Shown here: positions 1 to 9,062 of the stretch, one piece after another
Layout: each line of letters starts with the position of its first letter
Numbering within the stretch: position 1 is the stretch's first letter
Assembly (NCBI GenBank): GCA_025464645.1
Contig: JAODGF010000005.1
Coordinates: 1-34,406, forward strand
DNA: 34,406 nucleotides
DNA from: Methanosarcinales archaeon
Lineage (GTDB): Archaea > Halobacteriota > Syntropharchaeia > Alkanophagales > Methanospirareceae
Direction: 5' to 3'
Notes under the pieces: generated by a model
The model's database searches: none
What the model saw: only the letters and a program-made list of their open reading frames with translations
What the model was told of the DNA's origin: nothing
Position numbers and translations under genes: made by a program

Positions 1-41
1 ACAGTTGGCTCAGACCCGCATGTTAAAACCGCGGGACACTA

Positions 42-950
42 TCATGCGCAATCATTTATTTTCCACATTAGTTGTTGTTCAAAGGTGGAATGGGGTTTGA
101 ATCTCTTTTTGCATCTTTCAATGCTATCTCCAACGACTTGTATCTCGGAGATATTCCCGATACCAACTTTCGCTTGGTTACAGTAGTTCAGATAGCCTAT
201 CTGAGAGATTTTAAATCCCATTACCTCTGCAGCAATTGTATCCGCAGCTAAAAAATCAGTACTGGATATTGCCACCCCGAGGATGACAGGTTCACCATCC
301 ACTGGTCCGTTGCCCTCCATGCCAAAGAACCCGTCTATCACACTTAAATGCGGTGGAACCAGCTTAGCCAGCTTAAAGAGGCTTAAGTTTATTGCCTGGT
401 ATCCCTGATGCATTCTACTCTTATCGTGATCGATAAGACTCCCCATGACCATGTTCTTTAAAGAAAGCGTAGCTATAACAGTGTCATGGGTTTTAGGCGG
501 GGTGAGCGAGACCCTGAAATCGCTCTCGACTGCTGTCTTTGAAATTTTTAGCGTTAAGGGCTCTAAGTTTCTGTCGAAAACATTTACCTCGACATACTCA
601 TCTTCATTCAAATCCAGAAATTCTATATCGTATTGGTTTTTCAAGCTCAAATAGCCGAAATTTTTAAAACCATCCACGGCTGTGGCGTCAGCTGGTCCCT
701 CTCCAACTAAAAACTTCTTCACACCCAGTTCGGATAGGAAATCTAATGTTGCGCGAATAGCATCAACATGGGTCGCGGCAAGCTGTACTCGTGTAGATAC
801 CATGTTCGGCTTAATGAGCACCTTCCTCTTATTTTTTACTCTGTTGACAACGTCTTTTTTGATAAGGTTCAAAGAAGCTGTGACATTGTTATACCTACTT
901 TCACCTTTCTTCAAGGCGACCCGAGCCGCAGCTTTTGGTGTCTGAGACAT
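42..950 (-). CDS. DUF362-domain protein (uncharacterised family)
   Basis: 302-aa ORF. 'VLIKPNMV...ATHVDAIRATLDFL...VGEGP' and 'PKTHD...LSLKNMVMG' match my memory of DUF362. Not verified by HMM. Confidence 0.55.
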   Translation of the reverse strand: MSQTPKAAARVALKKGESRYNNVTASLNLIKKDVVNRVKNKRKVLIKPNMVSTRVQLAATHVDAIRATLDFLSELGVKKFLVGEGPADATAVDGFKNFGYLSLKNQYDIEFLDLNEDEYVEVNVFDRNLEPLTLKISKTAVESDFRVSLTPPKTHDTVIATLSLKNMVMGSLIDHDKSRMHQGYQAINLSLFKLAKLVPPHLSVIDGFFGMEGNGPVDGEPVILGVAISSTDFLAADTIAAEVMGFKISQIGYLNYCNQAKVGIGNISEIQVVGDSIERCKKRFKPHSTFEQQLMWKINDCA

Positions 951-1181
951 TTATTTTATTTAAATAAAAAGCTTTAATTATGTAAATATAACACATAGAG
1001 GTTGTAATCATGGATAGAATTCCGCCTATTGATGCTTTTATGAGTAAAATCTGGCATTTTTCTGCCTTTTACCGCAAGGACCGCAAAGGTTTATAAGGCA
1101 GATTTCAACCTGCGAATCACCTCATAATCGCCTTTAAGTCGATGTATTAACGCTATATCACACAATGGAAGATCGGACAAA

Positions 1182-2210
1182 TTATGAAAAAACAACCTGA
1201 GCTAACTTAAAAGGGTCCGAAGAGATAACAGAAGCCGCATAAAGTTCCATAGCTCCTATATCAGAATTTCTATCCTCTAACGAACCCCTATCCACAAGCC
1301 TGGCGATATGATAATCTTCTAACTGAAATATAGCTAAGTTGAATGATTGCACACCTATATTGAAATAGCTTCTCAATAATTTGTAAATCGTATCAGCCAT
1401 TTCATCGCTTTTCCTCGCTTTGCTGATAACAAAAATCTCCTTCTCTTTTACCGGCGTCAAATAAAACAAAATTCTTTCGCCTTTATTCTCTTTCGCAAGT
1501 CCTAAACCCTCATGAACTCTGTACAAATCCTCAATATAGGAAGCGTTAAATTCTCTTTTATAATTTGCTGTGACTTTTTCTAAAACTTCTAATTTACCAT
1601 ATCTCGTCCTCGAAGCTGTTAATTGTATATGCCCGTGAATAATCGAAGCTCCACTCCTCCAGAGGCAATTCCAGAGGAAGAACTTCTGCATCTTCTTTTC
1701 TTCTATTTTGGAGACCTCTTCAAACCAGCGTTCCCCGGTTCTTAAGTAATCCTCTACGCATTCCTTTTTTATCTCCAGAGGGTTGTGTTCCTTGAAAATT
1801 ACCAGGCTATGGAAGGAATCATACTTTGCTATGTTGCTTCCCGTGATACAATATTCTCCCTTCACTCTGCCAAACACGTCTGCTGGTGTTTGCCATTCGG
1901 GATTACAAAAAAGACAATTCTCTTTCTTCTTTAGCTCCTCTAACCCAATCGCTGATTTCGCTTCGATTGGTCTATCAGTCCTTAACATGTTAAATAAGCT
2001 GTGCTCGCCGGTAAACTTGTTTTTTATAGACACTATTTGCTGTTTTTCCACTCGCTCAAGAGACCCAAACCTCTTTTTTACCCAGTTCTCCATCTCCACG
2101 GGAATTTTTAGACTGCCCGTGGAAATTTCGAGTGAATAAAAGCGATTGAATAACTTCCTGGAATCTCTTGAAAGGTGTTCAACCCCTTTGTCGAGCTCCG
2201 TTATTTTCAT
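1182..2210 (-). CDS. GalT/HIT-superfamily nucleotidyltransferase-like protein (galactose-1-P uridylyltransferase / ADP-glucose phosphorylase-like)
   Basis: 342-aa ORF. It has a 'CLFC' Cys pair, then 'NIAKYDSFHSLVIFKEH', then 'RSGASIIHGHIQL' (His-x-His-x-Gln), in the order typical of GalT-family enzymes. It is divergent from the glucan operon. Confidence 0.5.
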   Translation of the reverse strand: MKITELDKGVEHLSRDSRKLFNRFYSLEISTGSLKIPVEMENWVKKRFGSLERVEKQQIVSIKNKFTGEHSLFNMLRTDRPIEAKSAIGLEELKKKENCLFCNPEWQTPADVFGRVKGEYCITGSNIAKYDSFHSLVIFKEHNPLEIKKECVEDYLRTGERWFEEVSKIEEKKMQKFFLWNCLWRSGASIIHGHIQLTASRTRYGKLEVLEKVTANYKREFNASYIEDLYRVHEGLGLAKENKGERILFYLTPVKEKEIFVISKARKSDEMADTIYKLLRSYFNIGVQSFNLAIFQLEDYHIARLVDRGSLEDRNSDIGAMELYAASVISSDPFKLAQVVFS

Positions 2211-2272
2211 CCTTTCTCTTCTCTTTCTATCTGATCTTCAAGTATAAAATCTAAGCATTAAACAAGATAAAA

Positions 2273-2280
2273 TTTATATA
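2273..2280 (+). promoter_or_regulatory. TATA box (TTTATATA) for the glucan operon
   Basis: Consensus archaeal TATA octamer. Its centre lies ~28 nt upstream of the ATG at 2305, which implies a leaderless or near-leaderless mRNA. Confidence 0.4.
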
Positions 2281-2304
2281 ATAGAAGAGCAAAAAATAAT
2301 AAAC

Positions 2305-3561
2305 ATGAGAATAGGCTATTTCGTTTGGGAATATCCGCCGAGAATAATCGGCGGCTTGGGAACTTATGCAGAGAATATTTGCCCGGCGATACTGGACTTA
2401 GGACACGACATCTCCGTGTTTACGATGAACGACGGAACGCTAAAAACAAGAGAGATATTAAAAGGCATTGATGTCAACAGACCGATGCTCGCAGATGGAA
2501 GCGGCATACTTCCTATATTCCTGACGGAAGACCTGAGAAGGTGGGGCACGGGAATAAAATTCTTCAATGACGTGCTTATATACAACATCCTCAGCGCTAC
2601 TAAATTCGTTAACGAACTCATAAAAAAAGAAGGTTATCACTTCGATATAATCTGCGCACATGACTGGTTGAGCGCGATGGCAGGGATAATGATAAAGCAA
2701 GAGACAGGTTTACCATTTGTGTTCCATCTTCATTCAACCGAATGGGGTCGTTCGCTTGACGGTGGCTCAGAGACGGTGCTTCATATTGAGAAGACCGCGG
2801 CTGATGTTGCTGATAGGATAATAACAGTAAGCTACCCGATGGAAGAGGACCTCATAAGGCATGGCTTCGAGCCCGATAAAATAAAAGTCTGCTGGAATGG
2901 CATTCGTGTGGATAAATACGACCCGAATAGGCTTGCGACTGAGGATATTATGCGATTACGGAGCAGATATGGAATTGGACCCGAAGAGAGGATGATACTG
3001 TTTGTTGGTAGATTGACTGCGGTAAAAGGTGTCGTGAACCTGGTGAAAGCAATGTCCACGGTTATAAGCAAGCATCCCGAGTCAAAGCTGGTAATTCTTG
3101 GCAAAGGTGAGTTAGAGCGGACTGTTTCAGACCTGATAAACAGATTGGACGTAGGAGAAAAAGTGAAGACGAGATTTGAATTTGTATCCGAAGAGGAAAG
3201 GATATTGCATTACGGCGCTTGTGATATATTTGTTGCTCCTTCAGTGTACGAGCCCTTTGGTATCATTGCCTTAGAGGCGATGGCGATGGAGAAGCCAGTT
3301 GTAGTTGGTGCCAGAGGTATCAGTGGGTTCCGAGATTTTGTTATCCCTTCAGGGCATGACCAGACAGGCGTTCATGTTGATGGCAGTAATTCCGCAGATA
3401 TAGCATGGGGAATAAATTCTCTACTTGAGGACATAGAAGGAGCGCGAGAAATGGGTAAAAGAGGTAGAAGACGGGTGAAAAAGTACTTCACCTGGGATAA
3501 AATTGCAGAATATACCATTGCGATATATGAGGATGTCATAAAGGAGGTGGGGAAGAAATAG
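2305..3561 (+). CDS. GT-B glycosyltransferase, glycogen/alpha-glucan synthase-like (paralogue 1, motifs intact)
   Basis: 418-aa ORF with 'WEYPPRIIGGLGT', 'AHDW', 'HLHSTEWGRS', 'FVGRLTAVKG' and 'EPFGIIALEAMA' (E-x7-E). Confidence 0.75.
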   Translation: MRIGYFVWEYPPRIIGGLGTYAENICPAILDLGHDISVFTMNDGTLKTREILKGIDVNRPMLADGSGILPIFLTEDLRRWGTGIKFFNDVLIYNILSATKFVNELIKKEGYHFDIICAHDWLSAMAGIMIKQETGLPFVFHLHSTEWGRSLDGGSETVLHIEKTAADVADRIITVSYPMEEDLIRHGFEPDKIKVCWNGIRVDKYDPNRLATEDIMRLRSRYGIGPEERMILFVGRLTAVKGVVNLVKAMSTVISKHPESKLVILGKGELERTVSDLINRLDVGEKVKTRFEFVSEEERILHYGACDIFVAPSVYEPFGIIALEAMAMEKPVVVGARGISGFRDFVIPSGHDQTGVHVDGSNSADIAWGINSLLEDIEGAREMGKRGRRRVKKYFTWDKIAEYTIAIYEDVIKEVGKK

Positions 3562-3564
3562 GGG

Positions 3565-4830
3565 ATGCGAATAGGCATTTTCGTAGGAGAATACCCGCCG
3601 AGGATAATCCGCGGCATAGGAACTTGTGCAGAGAATGTATGTCAGGCAATGATAAACGCAGGGCATGATGTCTCTGTGTTTACGATGAATGACGGAACGC
3701 TAAAAACAAGAGAAGTATTAAAAGGAATTGATGTCAACAGACCGATGCTCGTGGACGGAAGCAACATACTTCCCCAGGTGTTAGCCAAGGAAGATCTGGG
3801 AAGATCAGGCACGGGAATTAGATTCTTCAACGATGTAATTATGTACAACATTCTCAGCGTCACTAAATTCGTTAACCAGCTCATAAAAAAAGAAGGTTAT
3901 AAGTTTGATATAATCTGTGCATACGACTGGAGAAGTGCGATCGCAGGGATAATGATAAAGCAAGAGACGGGTTTACCTTTTATCTTTCATCTTCAATCAA
4001 CCGAAGGAAGTCGTTCCATGGGCGGAGGTTCTGCGATTATTCGTCATATTGAAGAAACCGCTGCTGCGGTTGCAGACCGTGTAATAACAGTATGCTATCC
4101 AATGCAGGAGTATCTGACAATGCATGGCTTTGATGCGACAAAGATAAATGTCTGCTGGAATGGCGTCAATTTAGATAAATATGATCCAAAGAAGGTTAAG
4201 GAAGATGAGATTCAAGAGTTAAGGAGCAGATACGGGATTGGACCGAGAGAGAAGATGGTGCTTTTTGTAGGTGGATTAGCTACGGTAAAGGGGATTATAA
4301 ACCTGGTGGAAGCGATGCACGAAGTTACAAGGAAACATCCAGAGGCAAAACTGGTTATTCTTGGCAAAGGAGAGTTAGAACGAGTAGTTTCCTATTTGAT
4401 AGAAGAACTGAACATCGGTGAAAAAGTGAAGACGAGGTTTGAGTTTGTAACCGAAGAGGAAAGGATATTACATTATGCCGCTTCCGATATAGTTGTTTGC
4501 CCTTCTCTATACGAGCCTTGCTGCGTCATTTCTTTAGAGGCGATGGCGATGGAGAAGCCAGTTATAGTTGGGTCTAAGGCTATTTGCAACTCATGTGACC
4601 AGGTAATTCCTTCGGGGCATGAACAAACAGGTGTTCACGTTGACGGTAGCAGTAAGCCAGATATAGCGTGGGGGATAAATACTTTGCTTGAAGACATGCA
4701 AAAAGCGAGAGAGATGGGTAAAAGGGGTAGAATGCGAGTGAAAAAATATTTCTCATGGGAGAAAGCAGCGGAACGCACAATTTCGATATACGAGGACGTG
4801 ATAAGGGAAGTGGAGGATGAGAAGAAATAA
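3565..4830 (+). CDS. GT-B glycosyltransferase paralogue 2 with degenerate catalytic-site motifs (candidate pseudoenzyme)
   Basis: 421-aa ORF that aligns end to end with 2305..3561. The conserved motifs are altered: 'IIRGIGT', 'AYDW', 'HLQSTEGSRS', 'FVGGLATVKG', 'EPCCVISLEAMA'. Confidence 0.7.
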   Translation: MRIGIFVGEYPPRIIRGIGTCAENVCQAMINAGHDVSVFTMNDGTLKTREVLKGIDVNRPMLVDGSNILPQVLAKEDLGRSGTGIRFFNDVIMYNILSVTKFVNQLIKKEGYKFDIICAYDWRSAIAGIMIKQETGLPFIFHLQSTEGSRSMGGGSAIIRHIEETAAAVADRVITVCYPMQEYLTMHGFDATKINVCWNGVNLDKYDPKKVKEDEIQELRSRYGIGPREKMVLFVGGLATVKGIINLVEAMHEVTRKHPEAKLVILGKGELERVVSYLIEELNIGEKVKTRFEFVTEEERILHYAASDIVVCPSLYEPCCVISLEAMAMEKPVIVGSKAICNSCDQVIPSGHEQTGVHVDGSSKPDIAWGINTLLEDMQKAREMGKRGRMRVKKYFSWEKAAERTISIYEDVIREVEDEKK

Positions 4831-6352
4831 AGCGAATGACAAAAAGAGCATCTGCCTTGCTTTTGAGGTGCATCAACCTTTCAGACTAAGTAAAGACTTC
4901 TTCTGGAAAAAGCAAATGTTCAAGAGGGACGTGAAGGTAGAAGACCTCTTCGATTATTACTTCTTTAACGAAAAAGACAGAGAAGTGTTTGAGAAAGTAG
5001 CGATAAAATGCTATCGTCCTACGAATGAAATAATACTAAGGCTGATAGACGAACACAACGATTTTAAAGCTGCTTACAGCGTCTCTGGTGTGTTTGTGGA
5101 GCAATGCGAGAGATATGGTTTTGGTAAGGATATACTGGAGGATTTCCGACAGCTTGCATCGAGCAGAAAAGTGGAGTTCTTAGACCAGACTTATTACCAT
5201 TCGCTGGTGGGTCTTTATGAGGAAGAAGGTGAATTCATCGAGCAGGTGCGGATGCATCGCGAATTAATGCGTGATTTAATTGGATATGAGCCATCCTTTT
5301 TTGAAAATACCGAACTGTTATATAACAACCGAATAGCGAAGCTCGTGGAGAACATGGGCTACCGGGGTATTTTCGCCGAGGGCGTGGAGAGAGTATTAAA
5401 CGGGAGGTCCCCAAACTACGTTTATGCGCCCTTAGGTTGCAAAAATTTAAAAGTCATGCTCAGAAACTACCCGTTAACGGATGACATAGGGTTTAGATTC
5501 TCACTAAAGAGCTGGAAAGAGTATCCTTTGAGCGCCTCTAAATACGCATCATGGCTCGATGCAACCCCGGGACAATGCATAAATATATTTTTAGACTACG
5601 AAACGTTTGGCGAGCATCACTGGGAAGATACGGGGATATTTGAGTTTTTAAGGGAGTTTCCCATGCATGTATTGAAATACAAGATGGAATTTTCAACACC
5701 TTCGGAGATAATAGAGAAGTATAAGCCGATAGGGGTAATAGACGTGCGGAATTTAGAGACGACATCATGGGCTGATGTGGAGAAAGACACTTCTTGTTTC
5801 ATCGGTAATACAATGCAGTGGGCATGTTACGAATATCTGAGATGGCTTGAACCTTACGTAAAAGAGTCAAGGAACGAAGAACTGCTGAAAATATGGCGAT
5901 ACCTTGGCATAAGTGACCACCTTTATTATATGTTCACGGTAGGCGGCGCATCAGGTGACGTGCACAGTTATTTTTCCCATTTCGAGAAGCCCTACGATGC
6001 CTTTGTCGCTTTGTTCTCTGTCATTCACGATTTTGATGCCCGCTTAAGAGCAAAGATAAAAAAAGCGGATTATCCTTTCGTCTTTCGCGATGGGACAAAG
6101 GTATGGAGTTTGAAGGGACTATGTGAATATCTAAAGAGAAAGCCGGGGGATGAAATGGATGAAGCTATAATGGGATATGTGGAAAGAGGCGATTTTGAGC
6201 GCTGGATAAGGGAAAGTGTAGGAGAAGAGGAGATAGCGAAAGAAGTAGGGAATTTGAGTTCGAGCATGGAAAGGCATGAATATGCTGCGGGTGTGTTACG
6301 GGAAAGGATATGTGAGATTGTTTCCAATAGTTTCTATAATATAAATCCTTAA
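4817..6352 (+). CDS. Glycoside hydrolase family 57 (alpha-amylase/AmyC-like)
   Basis: 511-aa ORF with N-terminal 'CLAFEVHQPFRL', then 'FENTELLYNN' and 'DYETFGEHHWE', which are GH57-like conserved regions. The start overlaps the upstream stop by 14 nt. Confidence 0.7.
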   Translation: MRRNKANDKKSICLAFEVHQPFRLSKDFFWKKQMFKRDVKVEDLFDYYFFNEKDREVFEKVAIKCYRPTNEIILRLIDEHNDFKAAYSVSGVFVEQCERYGFGKDILEDFRQLASSRKVEFLDQTYYHSLVGLYEEEGEFIEQVRMHRELMRDLIGYEPSFFENTELLYNNRIAKLVENMGYRGIFAEGVERVLNGRSPNYVYAPLGCKNLKVMLRNYPLTDDIGFRFSLKSWKEYPLSASKYASWLDATPGQCINIFLDYETFGEHHWEDTGIFEFLREFPMHVLKYKMEFSTPSEIIEKYKPIGVIDVRNLETTSWADVEKDTSCFIGNTMQWACYEYLRWLEPYVKESRNEELLKIWRYLGISDHLYYMFTVGGASGDVHSYFSHFEKPYDAFVALFSVIHDFDARLRAKIKKADYPFVFRDGTKVWSLKGLCEYLKRKPGDEMDEAIMGYVERGDFERWIRESVGEEEIAKEVGNLSSSMERHEYAAGVLRERICEIVSNSFYNINP

Positions 6353-6369
6353 GCAGAAGGAGATGTAGC

Positions 6370-6567
6370 ATGATAGAAGAAATAGGAACGGCTGCCGGTG
6401 AGATATGGAATTTGTTGAATGAAAAAGGTGAGCTAAGCATAACCGGAGTGGTAAAAGAGATAAATGCCCCGCAAAGCACCGCGTACATGGGTCTTGGATG
6501 GCTTGCAAGGGAGAATAAGCTGGAATTCGTAAAAAAGAGCAGAGGAGTTCTCGTTAAGCTGAGGTGA
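6370..6567 (+). CDS. Small winged-helix protein (DUF2582-like)
   Basis: 65-aa ORF. 'IGTAAGEIWNLLNEKGELSITGVVKEINAPQSTAYMGLGWLARENKLEF' resembles the DUF2582 wHTH family. A GGAG lies 6-9 nt upstream of the ATG. The stop overlaps the next gene's GTG (GTGA). Confidence 0.5.
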   Translation: MIEEIGTAAGEIWNLLNEKGELSITGVVKEINAPQSTAYMGLGWLARENKLEFVKKSRGVLVKLR

Positions 6568-7838
6568 GAGAACCGGAGAGACAGCAAGTGCAAAATCGCA
6601 TATTGACGCTTTCGTGGGAATATCCCCCGTATAAGATAGGTGGGATTGCAGAGCACGTTTACGAGCTGTCAAAGGCATTGACGAGAAAGGGGCGGGAGGT
6701 GCACGTGGTTACCTTAGGAACTTTCCCTTATGAGGAAAATGAAGGCGTGCATTTACATCGGATAGCAATTGATGCCTCAAAGCCTGATTTTATAACACGT
6801 ATGAATGAAGCGATGAAGGAAATCGGAGCTTCGATTATCGAATCCTCTAACACCAATATAGATATAGTCCATGCGCATGACTGGATGGTTGGTAGCGCTG
6901 CGATAGCACTGGCATCCAGATACAAAAAGCCGCTTGTAGCAACGATACACAGTACTGAATTTGGAAGGTCACGAGGAATAAATGAAGAATACCAGATGAG
7001 AATACATGAGGCTGAGGAACGGCTCGTAAGGTCATCAGACCATGTAATCGTGTGCAGCGAGAGCATGAAGAGAGAGATACAAGGCTTGTTTGGTGTTACA
7101 GAAAAAATTTCCGTTATTCCAAACGGGATAGATACATCTAAATTCGATTCCTTGGTTGATCGAGATGCAATAAAAGAAAAATTTTGTAGTCAGAGAAGTT
7201 CAAAGCTCATATTATTTCTCGGCAGGCTCGTTTATCAAAAGGGTGTGAACGTTTTGATAGGGGCGTTGCCAATAATCTTGGCACGATATTCAAAAAAGGA
7301 AGTGAAGCTTGTGATTGTAGGGGAAGGACCAATGAGAAAGCAACTGGAGATGGACGCTGCTTATTTAGGTGTATCAAAACACATTGTTTTTACTGGATTC
7401 CTTGATGACCACGAGGTTAGAAGTTTATTAAAATCCGCAGATGTGGTTGTTGTGCCTTCCCTTTATGAGCCTTTTGGAATAGTCGCTTTAGAGGCGATGG
7501 CGGCTAAGACGCCAGTGGTTGTGTCCGATATTGATGGTCTTTCTGAACTAATAAGTAAAGGAGAAGGCATAAAAGTACCACCTAACAGCTCTGAAAGACT
7601 TGCAGCCTCCATTATAAAAGTTCTGTCAGATACAGAAGCCAGTAAAAAAAGAGTAGAAGGAATAGTAGAAAAGGGCTTCAAAAAAGCTCTCTCTTTAAAT
7701 TGGGATATGATTACAGCGGCTACTATGGATGTTTATGCAAAGGTTTTAGCCACGACTCCCTCACCTGTGGAAGAAAAAGATATTGAAATAGAAACAGGAA
7801 CAGAGAAAGGGTGGCTATGGAAATATTCGTATTCGTGA
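6564..7838 (+). CDS. GT-B glycosyltransferase, glycogen/alpha-glucan synthase-like (paralogue 3, motifs intact)
   Basis: 424-aa ORF with 'WEYPPYKIGGIAEH', 'AHDW', 'TIHSTEFGRS', 'FLGRLVYQKGV' and 'EPFGIVALEAMA'. The start is GTG at 6564. An alternative in-frame GTG at 6588 follows a GGAGAG. Confidence 0.75.
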   Translation: MREPERQQVQNRILTLSWEYPPYKIGGIAEHVYELSKALTRKGREVHVVTLGTFPYEENEGVHLHRIAIDASKPDFITRMNEAMKEIGASIIESSNTNIDIVHAHDWMVGSAAIALASRYKKPLVATIHSTEFGRSRGINEEYQMRIHEAEERLVRSSDHVIVCSESMKREIQGLFGVTEKISVIPNGIDTSKFDSLVDRDAIKEKFCSQRSSKLILFLGRLVYQKGVNVLIGALPIILARYSKKEVKLVIVGEGPMRKQLEMDAAYLGVSKHIVFTGFLDDHEVRSLLKSADVVVVPSLYEPFGIVALEAMAAKTPVVVSDIDGLSELISKGEGIKVPPNSSERLAASIIKVLSDTEASKKRVEGIVEKGFKKALSLNWDMITAATMDVYAKVLATTPSPVEEKDIEIETGTEKGWLWKYSYS

Positions 7839-7843
7839 AACAC

Positions 7844-7860
7844 TTTTTCACGCTCTTTTT
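7844..7860 (+). terminator. Two oligo-T tracts (archaeal-type terminator) after the glucan operon
   Basis: TTTTT at 7844..7848 and at 7856..7860, immediately after the stop at 7838 in a convergent spacer. Confidence 0.3.
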
Positions 7861-7910
7861 GCTTTAAATCCCCTTATCCCCTCGAGATAAATTCTACTCT
7901 GATTACCCCT

Positions 7911-9026
7911 TCATCGCTTAAAATACTTTTCCACACCCTTATAATCAAACTCCCCCTTTTCTTCAAGCACGTTCCGTATGAAGTTAAACAGCTTCGTCCT
8001 CGTTTCCAATCCGATATTTGGATACCATACGGGCGAAGCAACTACGAGCCCGCGGAATGCATAAAACGGCTGTATCACCTCTAACAATTCATAATCCCCT
8101 GTTCTTCCAAGATACACCTCGAAAAACAAGTCATACAACCGCTTGAAATCACTATCAACCTCTTTCCCCTCTGTTTTGAGCAGTCCGAAAAACAGATAGT
8201 TTATCGTCATTGAGGATACATCGTCAGCGGCTTCTCCCCATTCCCCTCTACTCCGGTCAAGCACCGTAAAATCTGTTCCTTTTCTGAACATCACATTCCA
8301 GGGATGGAAATCACCATGAACCATACACAACCTTTTTGTTCTCTCTTTCAGCTCCCATCTCCAGTCTATGCTAAGCTTCTCTATATTCTTCAGCTCTTCA
8401 CTCGTTATGAGCTCGTTTCGTGCTGGATAACTGTCTGTGAGCCCGAATATGCATTCGCTATGCCCCACTAACTCCCTTATCCTCCGTATATAAAGCCCTG
8501 CATCGTCTTTCTTGACAGCATGTATATCAGCTAAATAGGAAGCGAGCACGGATGCCCTTTCCTCATCTTCTTTCCTTAATTCCCCCCATTCCTTTAATCT
8601 GTTCAGGTCCTCAACGTATTCCTTCCCTTCCACTTTATCGCATACAATGAAATATTCTTCCGCATCACTTGCTGACTCCATCCTGCCGTCCTTCGTAAAG
8701 AAACCGACGTCATGGGATTTTACGTGTTTCGGTAGCTTATTGAATGCATGGTGTTGCCATATCATTATTTGCGCACGGTCTGAGAAATGGTCATGCCCAA
8801 ATCCATTCCCACGCATAGAGGAGATAACTAACTCTTTTATTTCCCCTTCCTCAGTCTCAAACTCCACGAAATAAGGCTTGCCATACCCAAACCCTTTTAT
8901 TTCTTCTTCAGGCTTTAGCTTCGACTCCAATCCTAATTCCTTTACGCTTAGTATTCGCAAAGGTATTTCGAACTTGCTCTCTAAATATTCTTTTATTTTC
9001 TCTTTCATATCTTCCCCCTTCTGCAA
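7911..9026 (-). CDS. Phosphotransferase-family kinase (APH/ChoK/CotS-like fold)
   Basis: 371-aa ORF with 'LCMVHGDFHPWNVMF' (HGDxxxxN catalytic loop) and 'VLDRSRGEWGEAADDVS' (DxxxG-type metal loop). A likelier start is the ATG at 9008, which has a purine-rich SD. Confidence 0.6.
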   Translation of the reverse strand: MQKGEDMKEKIKEYLESKFEIPLRILSVKELGLESKLKPEEEIKGFGYGKPYFVEFETEEGEIKELVISSMRGNGFGHDHFSDRAQIMIWQHHAFNKLPKHVKSHDVGFFTKDGRMESASDAEEYFIVCDKVEGKEYVEDLNRLKEWGELRKEDEERASVLASYLADIHAVKKDDAGLYIRRIRELVGHSECIFGLTDSYPARNELITSEELKNIEKLSIDWRWELKERTKRLCMVHGDFHPWNVMFRKGTDFTVLDRSRGEWGEAADDVSSMTINYLFFGLLKTEGKEVDSDFKRLYDLFFEVYLGRTGDYELLEVIQPFYAFRGLVVASPVWYPNIGLETRTKLFNFIRNVLEEKGEFDYKGVEKYFKR

Positions 9027-9049
9027 ATGCCATATTCATGCAGACATGC

Positions 9050-9062
9050 TTCCAATGGAAAC
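9050..9062. promoter_or_regulatory. ORB-like (mini origin-recognition-box) dyad TTCCAATGGAAAC
   Basis: TTCCA-N-TGGAA dyad followed by AC. This matches the conserved core of archaeal Orc1/Cdc6 binding sites. It sits ~100 nt upstream of orc1/cdc6 and is followed by an AT-rich tract. Confidence 0.45.

Noticed and set aside
6165-6656. 163-aa minus-strand ORF, and similar antisense ORFs at 22012..22473, 24074..24481, 23627..23995 and 26978..27385
   Set aside because: Each lies opposite a CDS with clear family motifs. Their translations are Ser/Pro/Leu-rich, as expected from reverse frames, and none has start-site support.
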